The notes: generated by a model from the letters alone, not told the origin. A stretch of 64,000 bases of DNA from Cytophagales bacterium (GCA_013297755.1 JAAFIH010000001.1:140303-204302), one strand, 5' to 3'; shown: positions 9,768 through 19,880, counted from the first letter of the stretch. Program-made: numbers and translations.

Positions 9768-11342
9768 TTGGAGATAAATAAATTATCAAAAAAATTGGCC
9801 TGCACTACATGTACATCAGGGGGCGGATGCGGCACAGTGGGTGGATGCAAAAGCAATGGCGGATGCTCTTCGGGCGGATGCAATAGATTAAACACTTATG
9901 ATTGGTTGAGTGGCATAGATACTTTACCTCAAGACAATCGTTTCGATTTTGTTGAAGTAAGATTTAAAGGTGGACGAAAAGAATTTTTTAGAAACTCAAA
10001 CCATCTTGATTTATTCACTGGCGATTCGATAATAGTTGATACCCCTTCAGGTAATGATTTTGGATTTGTATCTCTACAAGGTGAGTTGGTGCGACTTCAA
10101 ATGAAAAAGAAAAACGCAAAACTTACTAGCGAATATACCAACATTTTAAGAAAAGCAACTGACATAGATGCCAAAAACTACGAAAGTGCAAAAAATAGAG
10201 AACTTCCAACACTTTTTAGAGCTCGACAAATTATAGGCGAACTAAAACTGCAAATGAAACTTTCGGACATAGAATATATGATGGATGGCAAAAAAGCCGT
10301 CTTTTATTACTCTGCCGAGGATAGAGTAGATTTTAGAGAATTGATAAAAGCGTTGGCTACTGAATTCAAAATTCGTATCGAAATGAAACAAATCAGCCTT
10401 AGGCAGGAGGCTGGCCGACTGGGTGGCATTGGTGTTTGTGGGCGAGAATTGTGCTGCTCTACTTGGCTTACAGATTTCAAAAATGTAAATACATCGGCTG
10501 CTCGATACCAAAATTTATCTATCAATCCTGTAAAACTTTCTGGGCAGTGTGGGCGACTCAAATGTTGCCTCAACTACGAATTAGATACTTATATGGAAGC
10601 TCTCAAAGATATTCCTACAGTAGAAAAACCAATTCTTACTGTTTTGGGAGAAGCAAGATTGCAGAAAACCGATATTTTTAGAAAAATGATGTGGTTTTCT
10701 TACAAAAGTGGCGAAGACTGGTTGCCTGTATCTACTCAAGATGTGTACAAATTATTAGAACTAAACAAAAACGGAATTAAGCCCAATTCGCTTGATCCTA
10801 ATGACTTAACTGATAAAGAAAATGTAAAAATACCTGTCAGTTTAAATAAAGATATAAAGCAATTGGATGATAAGTTTAAAAATAAACGAACTCAACAAAA
10901 AAACAGCTTCAAAGCCAAACCAAAACCAAATTCTAATATTCAAAATATTGTTATTTCTACATTACCTAATGGAGGTGTAAATAAAACAAATATTACTACA
11001 AACAATGTAAATAGTAATAAAAACTTAAATCAAAAGCCAAACCAAAACCAAAACCAAAACCAAAATTTTAATTCTAATTCAAATTCTAATCAAAAAATAA
11101 GTTTGAATAACCCAAAGCCAAATTCTAATTCTAATTCTAATTCAAAAAATAATCCTAACAATAATCCTAAACCAAATAATCAAATTAATAATCAAAAAGT
11201 TAGTATAAATAATCCTATTACAAATCAAAATCAAAAAAACAAACAGAATAATTTTAATCAAAGAAACAACCCAAATTCATCAATTCCACCAAGGCAAAAT
11301 CCAAACTTGAATGAAGTAAAACCAAAAGTTGATGAGGCATAA
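9768..11342 (+). CDS. PSP1 domain protein (RicT/YaaT-like) with Cys/Gly-rich N-terminus and long N/Q/P-rich tail
   Basis: Cys-Gly N-terminus (CTTCTSGGGCGTVGGCKSNGGCSSGGC), the PSP1 core (VEVRFKGGRKEFF...CGRELCCSTWL...GQCGRLKCCLNYE), then about 170 aa of low-complexity tail. TTG start. Confidence 0.75.
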   Translation: MEINKLSKKLACTTCTSGGGCGTVGGCKSNGGCSSGGCNRLNTYDWLSGIDTLPQDNRFDFVEVRFKGGRKEFFRNSNHLDLFTGDSIIVDTPSGNDFGFVSLQGELVRLQMKKKNAKLTSEYTNILRKATDIDAKNYESAKNRELPTLFRARQIIGELKLQMKLSDIEYMMDGKKAVFYYSAEDRVDFRELIKALATEFKIRIEMKQISLRQEAGRLGGIGVCGRELCCSTWLTDFKNVNTSAARYQNLSINPVKLSGQCGRLKCCLNYELDTYMEALKDIPTVEKPILTVLGEARLQKTDIFRKMMWFSYKSGEDWLPVSTQDVYKLLELNKNGIKPNSLDPNDLTDKENVKIPVSLNKDIKQLDDKFKNKRTQQKNSFKAKPKPNSNIQNIVISTLPNGGVNKTNITTNNVNSNKNLNQKPNQNQNQNQNFNSNSNSNQKISLNNPKPNSNSNSNSKNNPNNNPKPNNQINNQKVSINNPITNQNQKNKQNNFNQRNNPNSSIPPRQNPNLNEVKPKVDEA

Positions 11343-11384
11343 AAGAACTTTAAAATTAAAAAAAAAGTAATAATCAGTGGTATT

Positions 11385-13139
11385 TTGAGTATAAAAAATA
11401 AAGTTATTCATTTTTTTATATGTGCAATTTTATTACAAATATCTTGTTTTGCAAAGCCAAAAGTTGTTTGTAGTACAACCATCATCTATGATATTGCCAA
11501 AAATATAATAGGCCAAAACGCTGACATTGAATGTATAATGCCCATAGGTGGCGATCCTCATACCTACGAACCTATACCATCTGATGCATCCAAAATTGCA
11601 GAAGCAAATATTATATTCAAAAATGGGCTTTTTTTAGAGGGTTGGCTCGAAAAATTCTTACAAAATTCATCTTCATTCGTTACCATAATAGATTTATCTA
11701 CAGGAATTACACCTATTTCAAATATTCAGTTGCATGGCTCGCCAGATCCCCACATTTGGATGGATCCAAGAAATGGCAAAATAATGGCTCAAAATATTTG
11801 CCAAACTTTACAAAAATTTGATACTCTAAATAGAAAAATTTATCAAAAAAATTACTTGTTATATGCACAAAAAATTGATAATTTATTCCAAGAAATAGAA
11901 AAAAAAATAAAATCAATCCCATTAAAAAAAAGAATTTTAATCACAACACATGATGCTTTCAGGTACTATGGCAATGCTTTTGGTCTCAAGGTAGAATCTG
12001 CTATGGGTATATCTACAGATGCAGAAGTGTTGCTTGAAGATATGAACAGGCTCACCAAAATGATTCATGAAAATGAAATTGCAGCCATTTTTGTAGAATC
12101 TACCATTAATCCTAAATTTTTTGAACAACTAGCCCAAGATAATAACATAAAAATTGGGGGAAACTTGTATGCTGATAGCATTGGCGATAGCACCAGCACA
12201 GGTGCTACTTATTTGAAAATGCTTGAAGCCAACACCAACGTCATCGTTAATGGATTGCAATTTAGTGAGGCTCTAAAATCAAAAAGTTCGCAAATTATAC
12301 CTTTGATATTAGCAGCTCTTTTTTTGTTTTTATGGGCCTTTTTGTGGATTTATTTCAAAATCAAAAATCACCATCATAGCAATCTAGCATGGGATAACTA
12401 TACCATTCAGGTCGAAAATATTACTGTTTCTTACGAAAAGAAAACAGTTTTATCTAACATAAATTTTACCATACATTCAGGTAAATTATATGGTTTGATT
12501 GGCCCTAATGGTGCAGGAAAATCTACCTTATTTAAGTCAATTTTGGGTTTAGTAACACCAGACACAGGTAATATAAAAATAAATAATAGTAATATTTCGG
12601 ATATTAGAAATAAAATTGCTTACATACCACAAAAAGAAGAAATTGATTGGACATTTCCAGCCACAGTGTTTGATATTGTGCTTACTGGCCGTCTGCCAGA
12701 CAAAAAAAGATTTGAAAGTTATACTGCTCTTGATAAACAAAAAACCAAACAAGCCATTGTTAAAATGGGATTATCTGAATTTTCTAACCGCCAAATTGGC
12801 GACCTCTCTGGCGGACAGCAACAACGCGTGTTTATAGCCAGAGCCTTGTGTCAAGAAGCCGAATTATTGTTTTTTGACGAACCTTTTGTTGGAGTTGATG
12901 TAATTACTGAACAAAAAATAATGTCTATTATCAAAAAATTAGTAGAAGAAAAGAAAACTGTCATTATGATACACCATGATTTGTCAAAAGTTAAAGAATA
13001 CTTTGACGATATTATTATGGTAAATCAAAGATTGATTGCCCACGGCAAAACTACTGAAGTTTTTGTAGAAGGCAATATTACCAAAACGTATGGTGGTCGA
13101 TTAGCTATATTGCAAGAAACCGATAAATATATGTACTAA
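11385..13139 (+). CDS. fused metal (Zn/Mn) ABC transporter: substrate-binding protein, TM helix and ATPase in one ORF
   Basis: The N-terminal half has TroA/ZnuA motifs (GGDPHTYEP, HIWMDP, THDAFRYY). A TM helix follows (IIPLILAALFLFLWAFLWIYF) plus HHH. The C-terminal half has Walker A GPNGAGKST, signature LSGGQQQRV and Walker B LLFFDEP. TTG start. Confidence 0.8.
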   Translation: MSIKNKVIHFFICAILLQISCFAKPKVVCSTTIIYDIAKNIIGQNADIECIMPIGGDPHTYEPIPSDASKIAEANIIFKNGLFLEGWLEKFLQNSSSFVTIIDLSTGITPISNIQLHGSPDPHIWMDPRNGKIMAQNICQTLQKFDTLNRKIYQKNYLLYAQKIDNLFQEIEKKIKSIPLKKRILITTHDAFRYYGNAFGLKVESAMGISTDAEVLLEDMNRLTKMIHENEIAAIFVESTINPKFFEQLAQDNNIKIGGNLYADSIGDSTSTGATYLKMLEANTNVIVNGLQFSEALKSKSSQIIPLILAALFLFLWAFLWIYFKIKNHHHSNLAWDNYTIQVENITVSYEKKTVLSNINFTIHSGKLYGLIGPNGAGKSTLFKSILGLVTPDTGNIKINNSNISDIRNKIAYIPQKEEIDWTFPATVFDIVLTGRLPDKKRFESYTALDKQKTKQAIVKMGLSEFSNRQIGDLSGGQQQRVFIARALCQEAELLFFDEPFVGVDVITEQKIMSIIKKLVEEKKTVIMIHHDLSKVKEYFDDIIMVNQRLIAHGKTTEVFVEGNITKTYGGRLAILQETDKYMY

Positions 13140-13143
13140 AATT

Positions 13144-13257
13144 ATGTTTTTCTTATCCAAAATTATTGTTGTGGGCATTATTGGGGCAATTTTGTATGGT
13201 TTGTACTATCTGATAGATTGGTATTTTAATAAAAAAATGGATAACTTTGGAAAGTAA
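13144..13257 (+). CDS. possible 37-aa single-TM peptide
   Basis: The ATG lies 4 nt after the stop of the fused ABC gene. MFFLSKIIVVGIIGAILYGLYYLIDWYFNKKMDNFGK. Below the ORF-track cutoff and unsupported beyond its position. Confidence 0.25.
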   Translation: MFFLSKIIVVGIIGAILYGLYYLIDWYFNKKMDNFGK

Positions 13258-13381
13258 TTTTTATGAATACATAGAAACGAAATATTACTAATATTTTAAT
13301 TTCAGCTCATTTTTATTTTATTTTTCCAAAAGCGGAAGTGAAAAACGAAATATATGATTAATTTTTCGAGTAAATATAAAC

Positions 13382-14368
13382 TTACTCTAAATATATCAAA
13401 TTTAATAAAGTCTGGCCAACGGCTTTTAGGGTAGATTTGTCTATATTTTGCAAATTATCGTTTTGGGTATGCCAAGTGTTTGCAAAAAAAACGCCATCAG
13501 AATTATCGTATTCTATAATATCCACCATGGGTATTTTAGCAATAGAATTTACAAAAACATGATCATCAGTGATTTGATCTACTTGTTGGTTAATAAAAAT
13601 GTGCGAATACCCTGCCCTAGCAGCAGTATTCCACACTTTTTGAACTATATCATTAGCAAAATAAATAGAAGTACCCTCTTGAGCAAAAGTAGCATTTTTG
13701 CCACCTACCATATCTAGCAAAACACCATAATTAGCGGTATAATTGCCCTTATTTGCTGCCCAGTATTGCGAACCCAAACACCATGAATTTTGCCTTTCTG
13801 GTAAATCTGAAAATTCGGGTTGCCCATAATCTTCAATATCAAAAAGCAAAAAATCAATGCCAATATTTGGTTTTTGAGAAGAGTTTTGAATAGTTCGAGC
13901 AATTTCTATCAACACCCCTACCCCACTAGCACCATCGTTGGCACCATCTATAGGAACTTTTTGAGTTTTCATGTCTTTTTCTTGATCTGCAAATGGTCTC
14001 GAATCCCAATGAGAAGCTAACAATATTCTTTTGGTTGCATTTGGATTAATTTTTCCCATAATATTACGACATTTATGAGATTTATCATCAAATGTAGTCA
14101 TACTAAATGATTGGATTTCGAGCTGACATCCATATTTTTCAAATAATTTTATCAAATAATCTCCACATTGGACGTGTCCTTTGGTACTAGGCACTCTTGG
14201 CCCAAATCCAACTTGAGTAGCTATATAACCAAATGCAGAATCTGCATTAAAATTTGGTATAGAAACCACTATTTGAGCGTTTTCATTAGTTATTTTTTTA
14301 GTTTCATTAGATTTCTTACAAGAAAACAATAAAAAACAAAGTAAGATTACTGCATATTTAAACTTCAT
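13382..14368 (-). CDS. M28-fold lipoprotein, probable glutaminyl-peptide cyclotransferase
   Basis: Lipobox LLFSC; M28/QC metal-site context LLASHWDSRPFADQE, GANDGASGVG and LFDIEDYG. About 330 aa, like Bacteroidota type II glutaminyl cyclases. Confidence 0.65.
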   Translation of the reverse strand: MKFKYAVILLCFLLFSCKKSNETKKITNENAQIVVSIPNFNADSAFGYIATQVGFGPRVPSTKGHVQCGDYLIKLFEKYGCQLEIQSFSMTTFDDKSHKCRNIMGKINPNATKRILLASHWDSRPFADQEKDMKTQKVPIDGANDGASGVGVLIEIARTIQNSSQKPNIGIDFLLFDIEDYGQPEFSDLPERQNSWCLGSQYWAANKGNYTANYGVLLDMVGGKNATFAQEGTSIYFANDIVQKVWNTAARAGYSHIFINQQVDQITDDHVFVNSIAKIPMVDIIEYDNSDGVFFANTWHTQNDNLQNIDKSTLKAVGQTLLNLIYLE

Positions 14369-14432
14369 TGGTCTATTTATTTATAAAAATATTTCATGTT
14401 GCATTTGTTAATTGAATCTAAGAGTAAAAAAA

Positions 14433-16340
14433 TTAATCTTCAGAAATTACAATTACTTTATCTTCTGCGGTAAATTTAATTTTAGCTGATTTTATAGGAT
14501 TCAAAACAATTCCAAAGCCAATAGGCTCGTTTATATTTCTCATCAATCTATAACCAATGGCAATTTCCTTTTTTTGTGAGGCTGCATCCAAAATCTCATA
14601 AAAATCTACTTCTTTGCCCTCTTGGGCGTAGTTTGTAGCAGGTTTTATATAGATTTCATTCCCATCTGCATCAAAAATATCCTCAAAAATTGAGGCTAGT
14701 TCTTTGTTTTCAGATAGCTGTGCTAATACCAAACTGATAATTTGATCGCTTACTATAAAATCATCTGCACGAGAAGTATCAGCTAATGCTCTATTTTTAA
14801 CATCCAACATTTCGCTTACAATACTAAATTTCTTACCCAGTTTTTCGGCAATATCTCTTACGTGCATCAAAGTAATGAGCGTGATAGCGTCAGCTTCTTG
14901 TATGCCATACATATCAGAATAGCTGTTAATAATGATATCATCATAAGTTTCAAAATGCAACTTATTAAGTGTAGATCGGTCGTTGATATCACCTCTCATA
15001 CAGCTTACTCTTTGGTTGGGGGTGAGCTCATCTAGTTCACTTACTTTGGCTTCTAAATCTGGGACATCAGCTAATATAAAAACCTTTGAATCATTCAAAA
15101 CATAATTATCAAGTTCCTTTACAATAATTTTAGTATTATTATTCCATCCCAAAATCAGTGTTTTTTGTTGAATTTTTATTCTTGAATTTTTCTTTAATAA
15201 TTCTTTATCAATAGGCTTAGGAACATATTTAGTATTTGGAACAAAAACTAAATCTATATCATCTTCTGCAATTACAATCAATTTATCAGAAACATGAATA
15301 ATGGAGTCTAAAGGTGGATTTAACAAGATAGTGCCATCATTTTTTCGTATTCCAATCACAAGTACATCTTCAAAAGCAAACATGGCTTCTTTGAAAGTAT
15401 GGCCAGAACTATTTTTGACAGGTAAAATGTAAATTTCTACTCCTGTATAGTCAATCAAATCATTATAAATCAAACTCAAACCTGACTGACGACTGGTTTG
15501 AACCGTAATTTTTGAAATTATATCGTTTGAAACCACCACAGTTACTTCATCTTTTCCTATTATTTTGGCAATTTCTTTATTGACATCACTATGAATTTCT
15601 GCTATAATGGTATATTGTTCTTTCTTACGAATAGGATTATTTACTATCGCCAAGATTGTTTTTATAACATAAGCATCAGATTTGGCCTCGTCTGGGGATA
15701 AAATAATGATAGATTTGGCTGTATTTAAGTTTACTATCATTATATCTATGGGGTCTCTTGGATTGCCATGTCTTACGATGACTCTTGTTTTGCCAGTGCT
15801 ACCCAATTTGCCTTTAATCTCATCTTTAATCATATCTATGTCTTCGTCAGCCAAAATTACAATACATGATGAAGACTGATTTTCATGTGCTATCATCAAT
15901 TCAGAAATGATAGAAAAAACTTTAGAACTCCAGCCCAATATTACAGTATGATTTTCTTCAAGTACCAAAGAACGTCCTTTTTTTAGCTCATCCAATTTTG
16001 TAGAAAAACCAGTATTTAGAATTGTTACAAGCGAACTCACCAAAAAAATACCTATAAAAGTTGTGGCTAATGTTGCCAGTCTTAGCTGCCAATCGGCATC
16101 GCCTGTTATAGTTCCTTGATCAATTACGTGCATCAAACTAGACCAATAAGCCTCAAAAAAAGTCATATCCATACCAGCATCATCCTGAACACGCATGAAG
16201 TACAACAAAAGACTCGTAAGAAAAGCTACTATTAAAAAAGTAAGAAATAGCATTGCAATCAGAGCAGGAGTACCTTGACTTATAATGTTATCAAAAAAAT
16301 AGCGAATTCTTTGTCTAAAAGTTACTTTATATCTTTGCAT
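14433..16340 (-). CDS. CASTOR/POLLUX-related ion channel with tandem RCK/TrkA-N-like domains
   Basis: N-terminal TM/pore region, then two Rossmann-like regions (VILGWSSKV..., LILGWNNNT...). 635 aa. Confidence 0.65.
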   Translation of the reverse strand: MQRYKVTFRQRIRYFFDNIISQGTPALIAMLFLTFLIVAFLTSLLLYFMRVQDDAGMDMTFFEAYWSSLMHVIDQGTITGDADWQLRLATLATTFIGIFLVSSLVTILNTGFSTKLDELKKGRSLVLEENHTVILGWSSKVFSIISELMIAHENQSSSCIVILADEDIDMIKDEIKGKLGSTGKTRVIVRHGNPRDPIDIMIVNLNTAKSIIILSPDEAKSDAYVIKTILAIVNNPIRKKEQYTIIAEIHSDVNKEIAKIIGKDEVTVVVSNDIISKITVQTSRQSGLSLIYNDLIDYTGVEIYILPVKNSSGHTFKEAMFAFEDVLVIGIRKNDGTILLNPPLDSIIHVSDKLIVIAEDDIDLVFVPNTKYVPKPIDKELLKKNSRIKIQQKTLILGWNNNTKIIVKELDNYVLNDSKVFILADVPDLEAKVSELDELTPNQRVSCMRGDINDRSTLNKLHFETYDDIIINSYSDMYGIQEADAITLITLMHVRDIAEKLGKKFSIVSEMLDVKNRALADTSRADDFIVSDQIISLVLAQLSENKELASIFEDIFDADGNEIYIKPATNYAQEGKEVDFYEILDAASQKKEIAIGYRLMRNINEPIGFGIVLNPIKSAKIKFTAEDKVIVISED

Positions 16341-16500
16341 AGTATTTCTCTTATAAATTATGATTCAATTATAACATATTTTTTTTACTTGAGTTTAAAA
16401 TTTAAGAGAAAGTACAAAAAAAACTCCAATAAATTATAAATTCGCCATAAAAGTAACTTAAAAATAATTTAAAAGTCAATTCCAAAAATTTTAAAAATGA

Positions 16501-17496
16501 TTAAAATCTATATTCATAACTCAACGAAAAAACTAAAAACCTAGATAATCCGTCTGGATTTTTATGTTCTGTAATTTCTTTTGTTTTAAATAATTGGGTT
16601 GCAGACCTATCTTTTAAATTGTAACCTATCATCGCTTTTATGCCAGAATGTATATTAAAACGATAGCCGCCTCCAAAAAGCAATGTCAAGGCCAAGCCAT
16701 TGCTACCTTTAATTGGTTTAATTTTGTTATCTCCATCCAAAAAAGTATCAAGATTGAGTCTGTAAATTCCTAAAAGCCCTACATAAATATTCCAATTTGA
16801 AAAACGAAGATTTCGTTCTATTCTAAGCATTACATCTGTACCACGATTTAATTGTTTGGATTTCATGTAATGATATGCTTTTGATGAATCAGAGGTTGTA
16901 TCAAAGGGTTTCCATAAAAAATTATTTGGTGTATTGGTTAAAGCATGTTGAAAACCAGTAGCAAAGAGCCAGTTTTTGGTTATTATAGAGACTCCACCAA
17001 GCACATCCCAAGTACCCAGAGAGGTCTGATAGTACATAGGCAACGATAATTCTTTAGTTTTACCAAAACGATCAGTATAAGAGGCTTTTTTGTCAGCATT
17101 AGAAGTAGGTATTTTCATGCCCACAGAGCCATTGATTTGAAAATTATCATTAGAGTATATATTATAAGAAGCACTTAGTGAAATATCTCCTAGTCCGTGT
17201 GTATTGGCTAACCCACCTGATACATACTGATATGGTAATTTGACTTGAGCAGATATTTTTTTACTTATGCTAATATTAATATCTGTTGAAATATTGTATA
17301 TCAGAATATAAGATTGCGTTACACCTAGGTAATTAGATAGCTCAACAGATCTCAATTTAATGTTTACTTTTTTTGAATAAGCTTGATTTGGTCTCATAGC
17401 ACCCAAAGTGCAAAATCCTGCATCGCTGCAACCTTGTGAAAAAATAAAGTTAATTTTAACAAAAAATAATAAACTCAAAAAAAATATTTTTTTCAT
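16501..17496 (-). CDS. outer-membrane beta-barrel protein (function unknown)
   Basis: The signal peptide ends FSQ. Alternating beta-strand pattern and a C-terminal ...LSYEYRF aromatic terminus. Confidence 0.5.
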   Translation of the reverse strand: MKKIFFLSLLFFVKINFIFSQGCSDAGFCTLGAMRPNQAYSKKVNIKLRSVELSNYLGVTQSYILIYNISTDINISISKKISAQVKLPYQYVSGGLANTHGLGDISLSASYNIYSNDNFQINGSVGMKIPTSNADKKASYTDRFGKTKELSLPMYYQTSLGTWDVLGGVSIITKNWLFATGFQHALTNTPNNFLWKPFDTTSDSSKAYHYMKSKQLNRGTDVMLRIERNLRFSNWNIYVGLLGIYRLNLDTFLDGDNKIKPIKGSNGLALTLLFGGGYRFNIHSGIKAMIGYNLKDRSATQLFKTKEITEHKNPDGLSRFLVFSLSYEYRF

Positions 17497-17561
17497 CCCT
17501 TTTTAAAAAAATATATGTATCAAATATAGCAAAAAAATTGAAGTTAAAATATAATATAACA

Positions 17562-17594
17562 AAAAAAGGTAGCTACTTAGTGGCTACCTTTTTT
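17562..17594 (-). terminator. intrinsic terminator hairpin after the 719-aa T9SS cargo gene
   Basis: aaaaaaaggtagcta-cttag-tggctacctttttt: an 8-bp stem (one G-U) flanked by A and T runs, 19 bp downstream of the stop. Confidence 0.55.
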
Positions 17595-17612
17595 GTTACA
17601 AATTAAGAAAAT

Positions 17613-19772
17613 TTACTCAATAGCTAACTTCTGTGAAGAAGTTCGACCATTTTTAAATGTTGTGGTTACAATATAAATACCAGAAGTGAACCCACTTGTA
17701 TTTACATTAACTTCGTTACTTGAAGCTGCTACTGTAGCTACCTTAGCACCAACCAAATTATAGACTGTTACAGATGCCAAACCATCAGCAGAAACAGTTA
17801 CGAAATCAGAAGCTGGATTAGGATAAATAGAAACTTTAGAAACTTCAGACGAGGGTGAGTTTATATCTGATGCCAATGTACTACAAGCTATTCTTACATC
17901 AAAACCTGTAATAGAGCCAGTTCCATCACATGTAGTAGAAAAAGTATTCAAGATACGACCAATAACAACTATAGGTGTAGGACTATATAAATAGTATCCT
18001 GTTAGAGTTACAAAATAAGAGTTACCATTTATTTCTAAATCATAATCTCCATTAGCTGTTCTTTTAACATTTGTACCAGTTGGTAAAGATCTACCAGTGA
18101 TAGAAACTAACTCAGATGGAATAATACCAGGAGCAGTAGTATTATACTTGTCATTATATTGCATTAACAACGAAACTCTAAATTTAGAACCAAATGAAAC
18201 ACCATTGTTACCAAGGTTAAACGTATTTAAAGTTCTACACTGATTTATATTTAGATAAGAATTAATTGTAAAGCATTTTACAGGAGTTTGTTTTGATATG
18301 TCTACCATAAATGTACCGATAACTGTTTTGTTTGCAACAGATGTACCAATAACAGTAACAGTAAAAACCTCTGAAGATGCTTTAGAAGCAACAACACCAG
18401 TAATTGAATTGACAGTAGCATAAGCTTTAGACTCTTCGTTTAAACTATATCTAACTTCTTGTGGAGTGTTGGCAGGCAATACAGTAGCTTTAACAGTACT
18501 AGATCCCCAGTTTGCATCTATATTTGTACCAGTCATAGTAAGCAGAGTTGGAGTAATCTGACCTGTAACTGTAATAACTATAAAGGCTGTGGTTCTAGGA
18601 GTAGCAACAGTAGTTGCAGATACTGTAACAATACCATTGTTTAATGGAGATATTAATCCAGTTGGACTGATTTTTACAATAGGCTCACCAGATGCAACTA
18701 CATTATTGATTACACTCCATGTTACGTTTTGATTAGCAGATTCTGGTGATACAATAGCATTCAAAACTAAATCAGCAGCAGGAGCAGTTATTTGATTCAA
18801 ATCTGTACCAGGCACAGTAAGTGTAAGACCATCTACAGAAACCACTCCAGGAACACCTATTAATTTCATTGTACCAAAATCTTGAGAAGCTGTCCAATTA
18901 GAGTTCCAGCAACATTGATTCCATGTCAGTTGCCCAATTTTACCTGTACCACCTACTTTTCCAATACTATTAGTAATGTCAAATCTGAAAGGAACTCTAT
19001 CTTTGGATGGTTTTTTAGTTTCATCGGCAAGTTGTCCAGTCAATAAATTAATAAATTCAATATTGATATCACTCCAAGAAATTTTACCTTCCATCACATA
19101 ACCATCCGAAGTTTTCAAAGTAGCTGCTAAATAATCAGTAACATCAAAACCACCTTCAACAGTAAAACCACTACCTTTTGTTAGGAAACGTGTAGTATTT
19201 GCTGCAGTTGGAGAATAACTAAGAGATACTTGATTATCTTTGGCAGCATCGTATTTACGAGGCCAGTTAGTTTCTCCAGGAGTAAGGGTTGATGTACCAT
19301 TTCCATTATTAAAAAATAATTCAATGTTTTCTCCAGCATGAGGAGTAGTAGCAGCAGCAATATCAGGTGCAACAACTTTTACAGCATAGTACAAATAACT
19401 TTCGTCCCATACCAAAGAGAAGCTAGCTGATCTACCTGCGTAAACTGACACAGGTGGAGGTGCAACAGGTGTTCCAGTCGTTCCATTATCATTAATATTA
19501 TTTTGTTTAAGGAGTGATAAAGGAAAAGATTGAGTAGAGGTATTAAAAGCATTAGGATTAGCTACACCTAATATATTGGCTCCTCTCCAACAAAAGTCAT
19601 TTAGCAAACCATCAATTACAGGTGGAGCAGGTGTAAACACTGGAAATACAGTGTAATTACCAAACCTTCCTCCAGTTCCATTTTCCCTAACAGAACCTTG
19701 AGCATAAGACAATATTGGCAAACCTAAGGCCAATAAAGAAATTTTCCCGATTTTTTGTACAATTTTAAACAT
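17613..19772 (-). CDS. T9SS-secreted protein with CBM9/DOMON-like domain and Big_2 Ig-like repeats
   Basis: The signal peptide ends SYAQ. PVIDGLLNDFCW is a CBM9-like start. Big_2-like VTWSV...ISPTGLISPLNNGIVTVSAT. T9SS type A CTD (VSIYPNPASDFVTV...SGIYIVTT...KLAIE). Confidence 0.75.
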   Translation of the reverse strand: MFKIVQKIGKISLLALGLPILSYAQGSVRENGTGGRFGNYTVFPVFTPAPPVIDGLLNDFCWRGANILGVANPNAFNTSTQSFPLSLLKQNNINDNGTTGTPVAPPPVSVYAGRSASFSLVWDESYLYYAVKVVAPDIAAATTPHAGENIELFFNNGNGTSTLTPGETNWPRKYDAAKDNQVSLSYSPTAANTTRFLTKGSGFTVEGGFDVTDYLAATLKTSDGYVMEGKISWSDINIEFINLLTGQLADETKKPSKDRVPFRFDITNSIGKVGGTGKIGQLTWNQCCWNSNWTASQDFGTMKLIGVPGVVSVDGLTLTVPGTDLNQITAPAADLVLNAIVSPESANQNVTWSVINNVVASGEPIVKISPTGLISPLNNGIVTVSATTVATPRTTAFIVITVTGQITPTLLTMTGTNIDANWGSSTVKATVLPANTPQEVRYSLNEESKAYATVNSITGVVASKASSEVFTVTVIGTSVANKTVIGTFMVDISKQTPVKCFTINSYLNINQCRTLNTFNLGNNGVSFGSKFRVSLLMQYNDKYNTTAPGIIPSELVSITGRSLPTGTNVKRTANGDYDLEINGNSYFVTLTGYYLYSPTPIVVIGRILNTFSTTCDGTGSITGFDVRIACSTLASDINSPSSEVSKVSIYPNPASDFVTVSADGLASVTVYNLVGAKVATVAASSNEVNVNTSGFTSGIYIVTTTFKNGRTSSQKLAIE

Positions 19773-19880
19773 GATTATATTTGATTAAATTAGATTAATT
19801 ATAATTTTTTCAAATATAGTTATATTTTGTTAAAAAAAAAATATTTTTTTAAAATTATATATTTTTATTCTATAACAAAA

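Noticed and set aside
11385-13139. Possibility that the SBP-ATPase fusion is two genes merged by my misreading
   Set aside because: The frame is continuous through a plausible TM linker with no stop in between, so it is kept as a fusion. A sequencing frameshift still cannot be excluded without reads.
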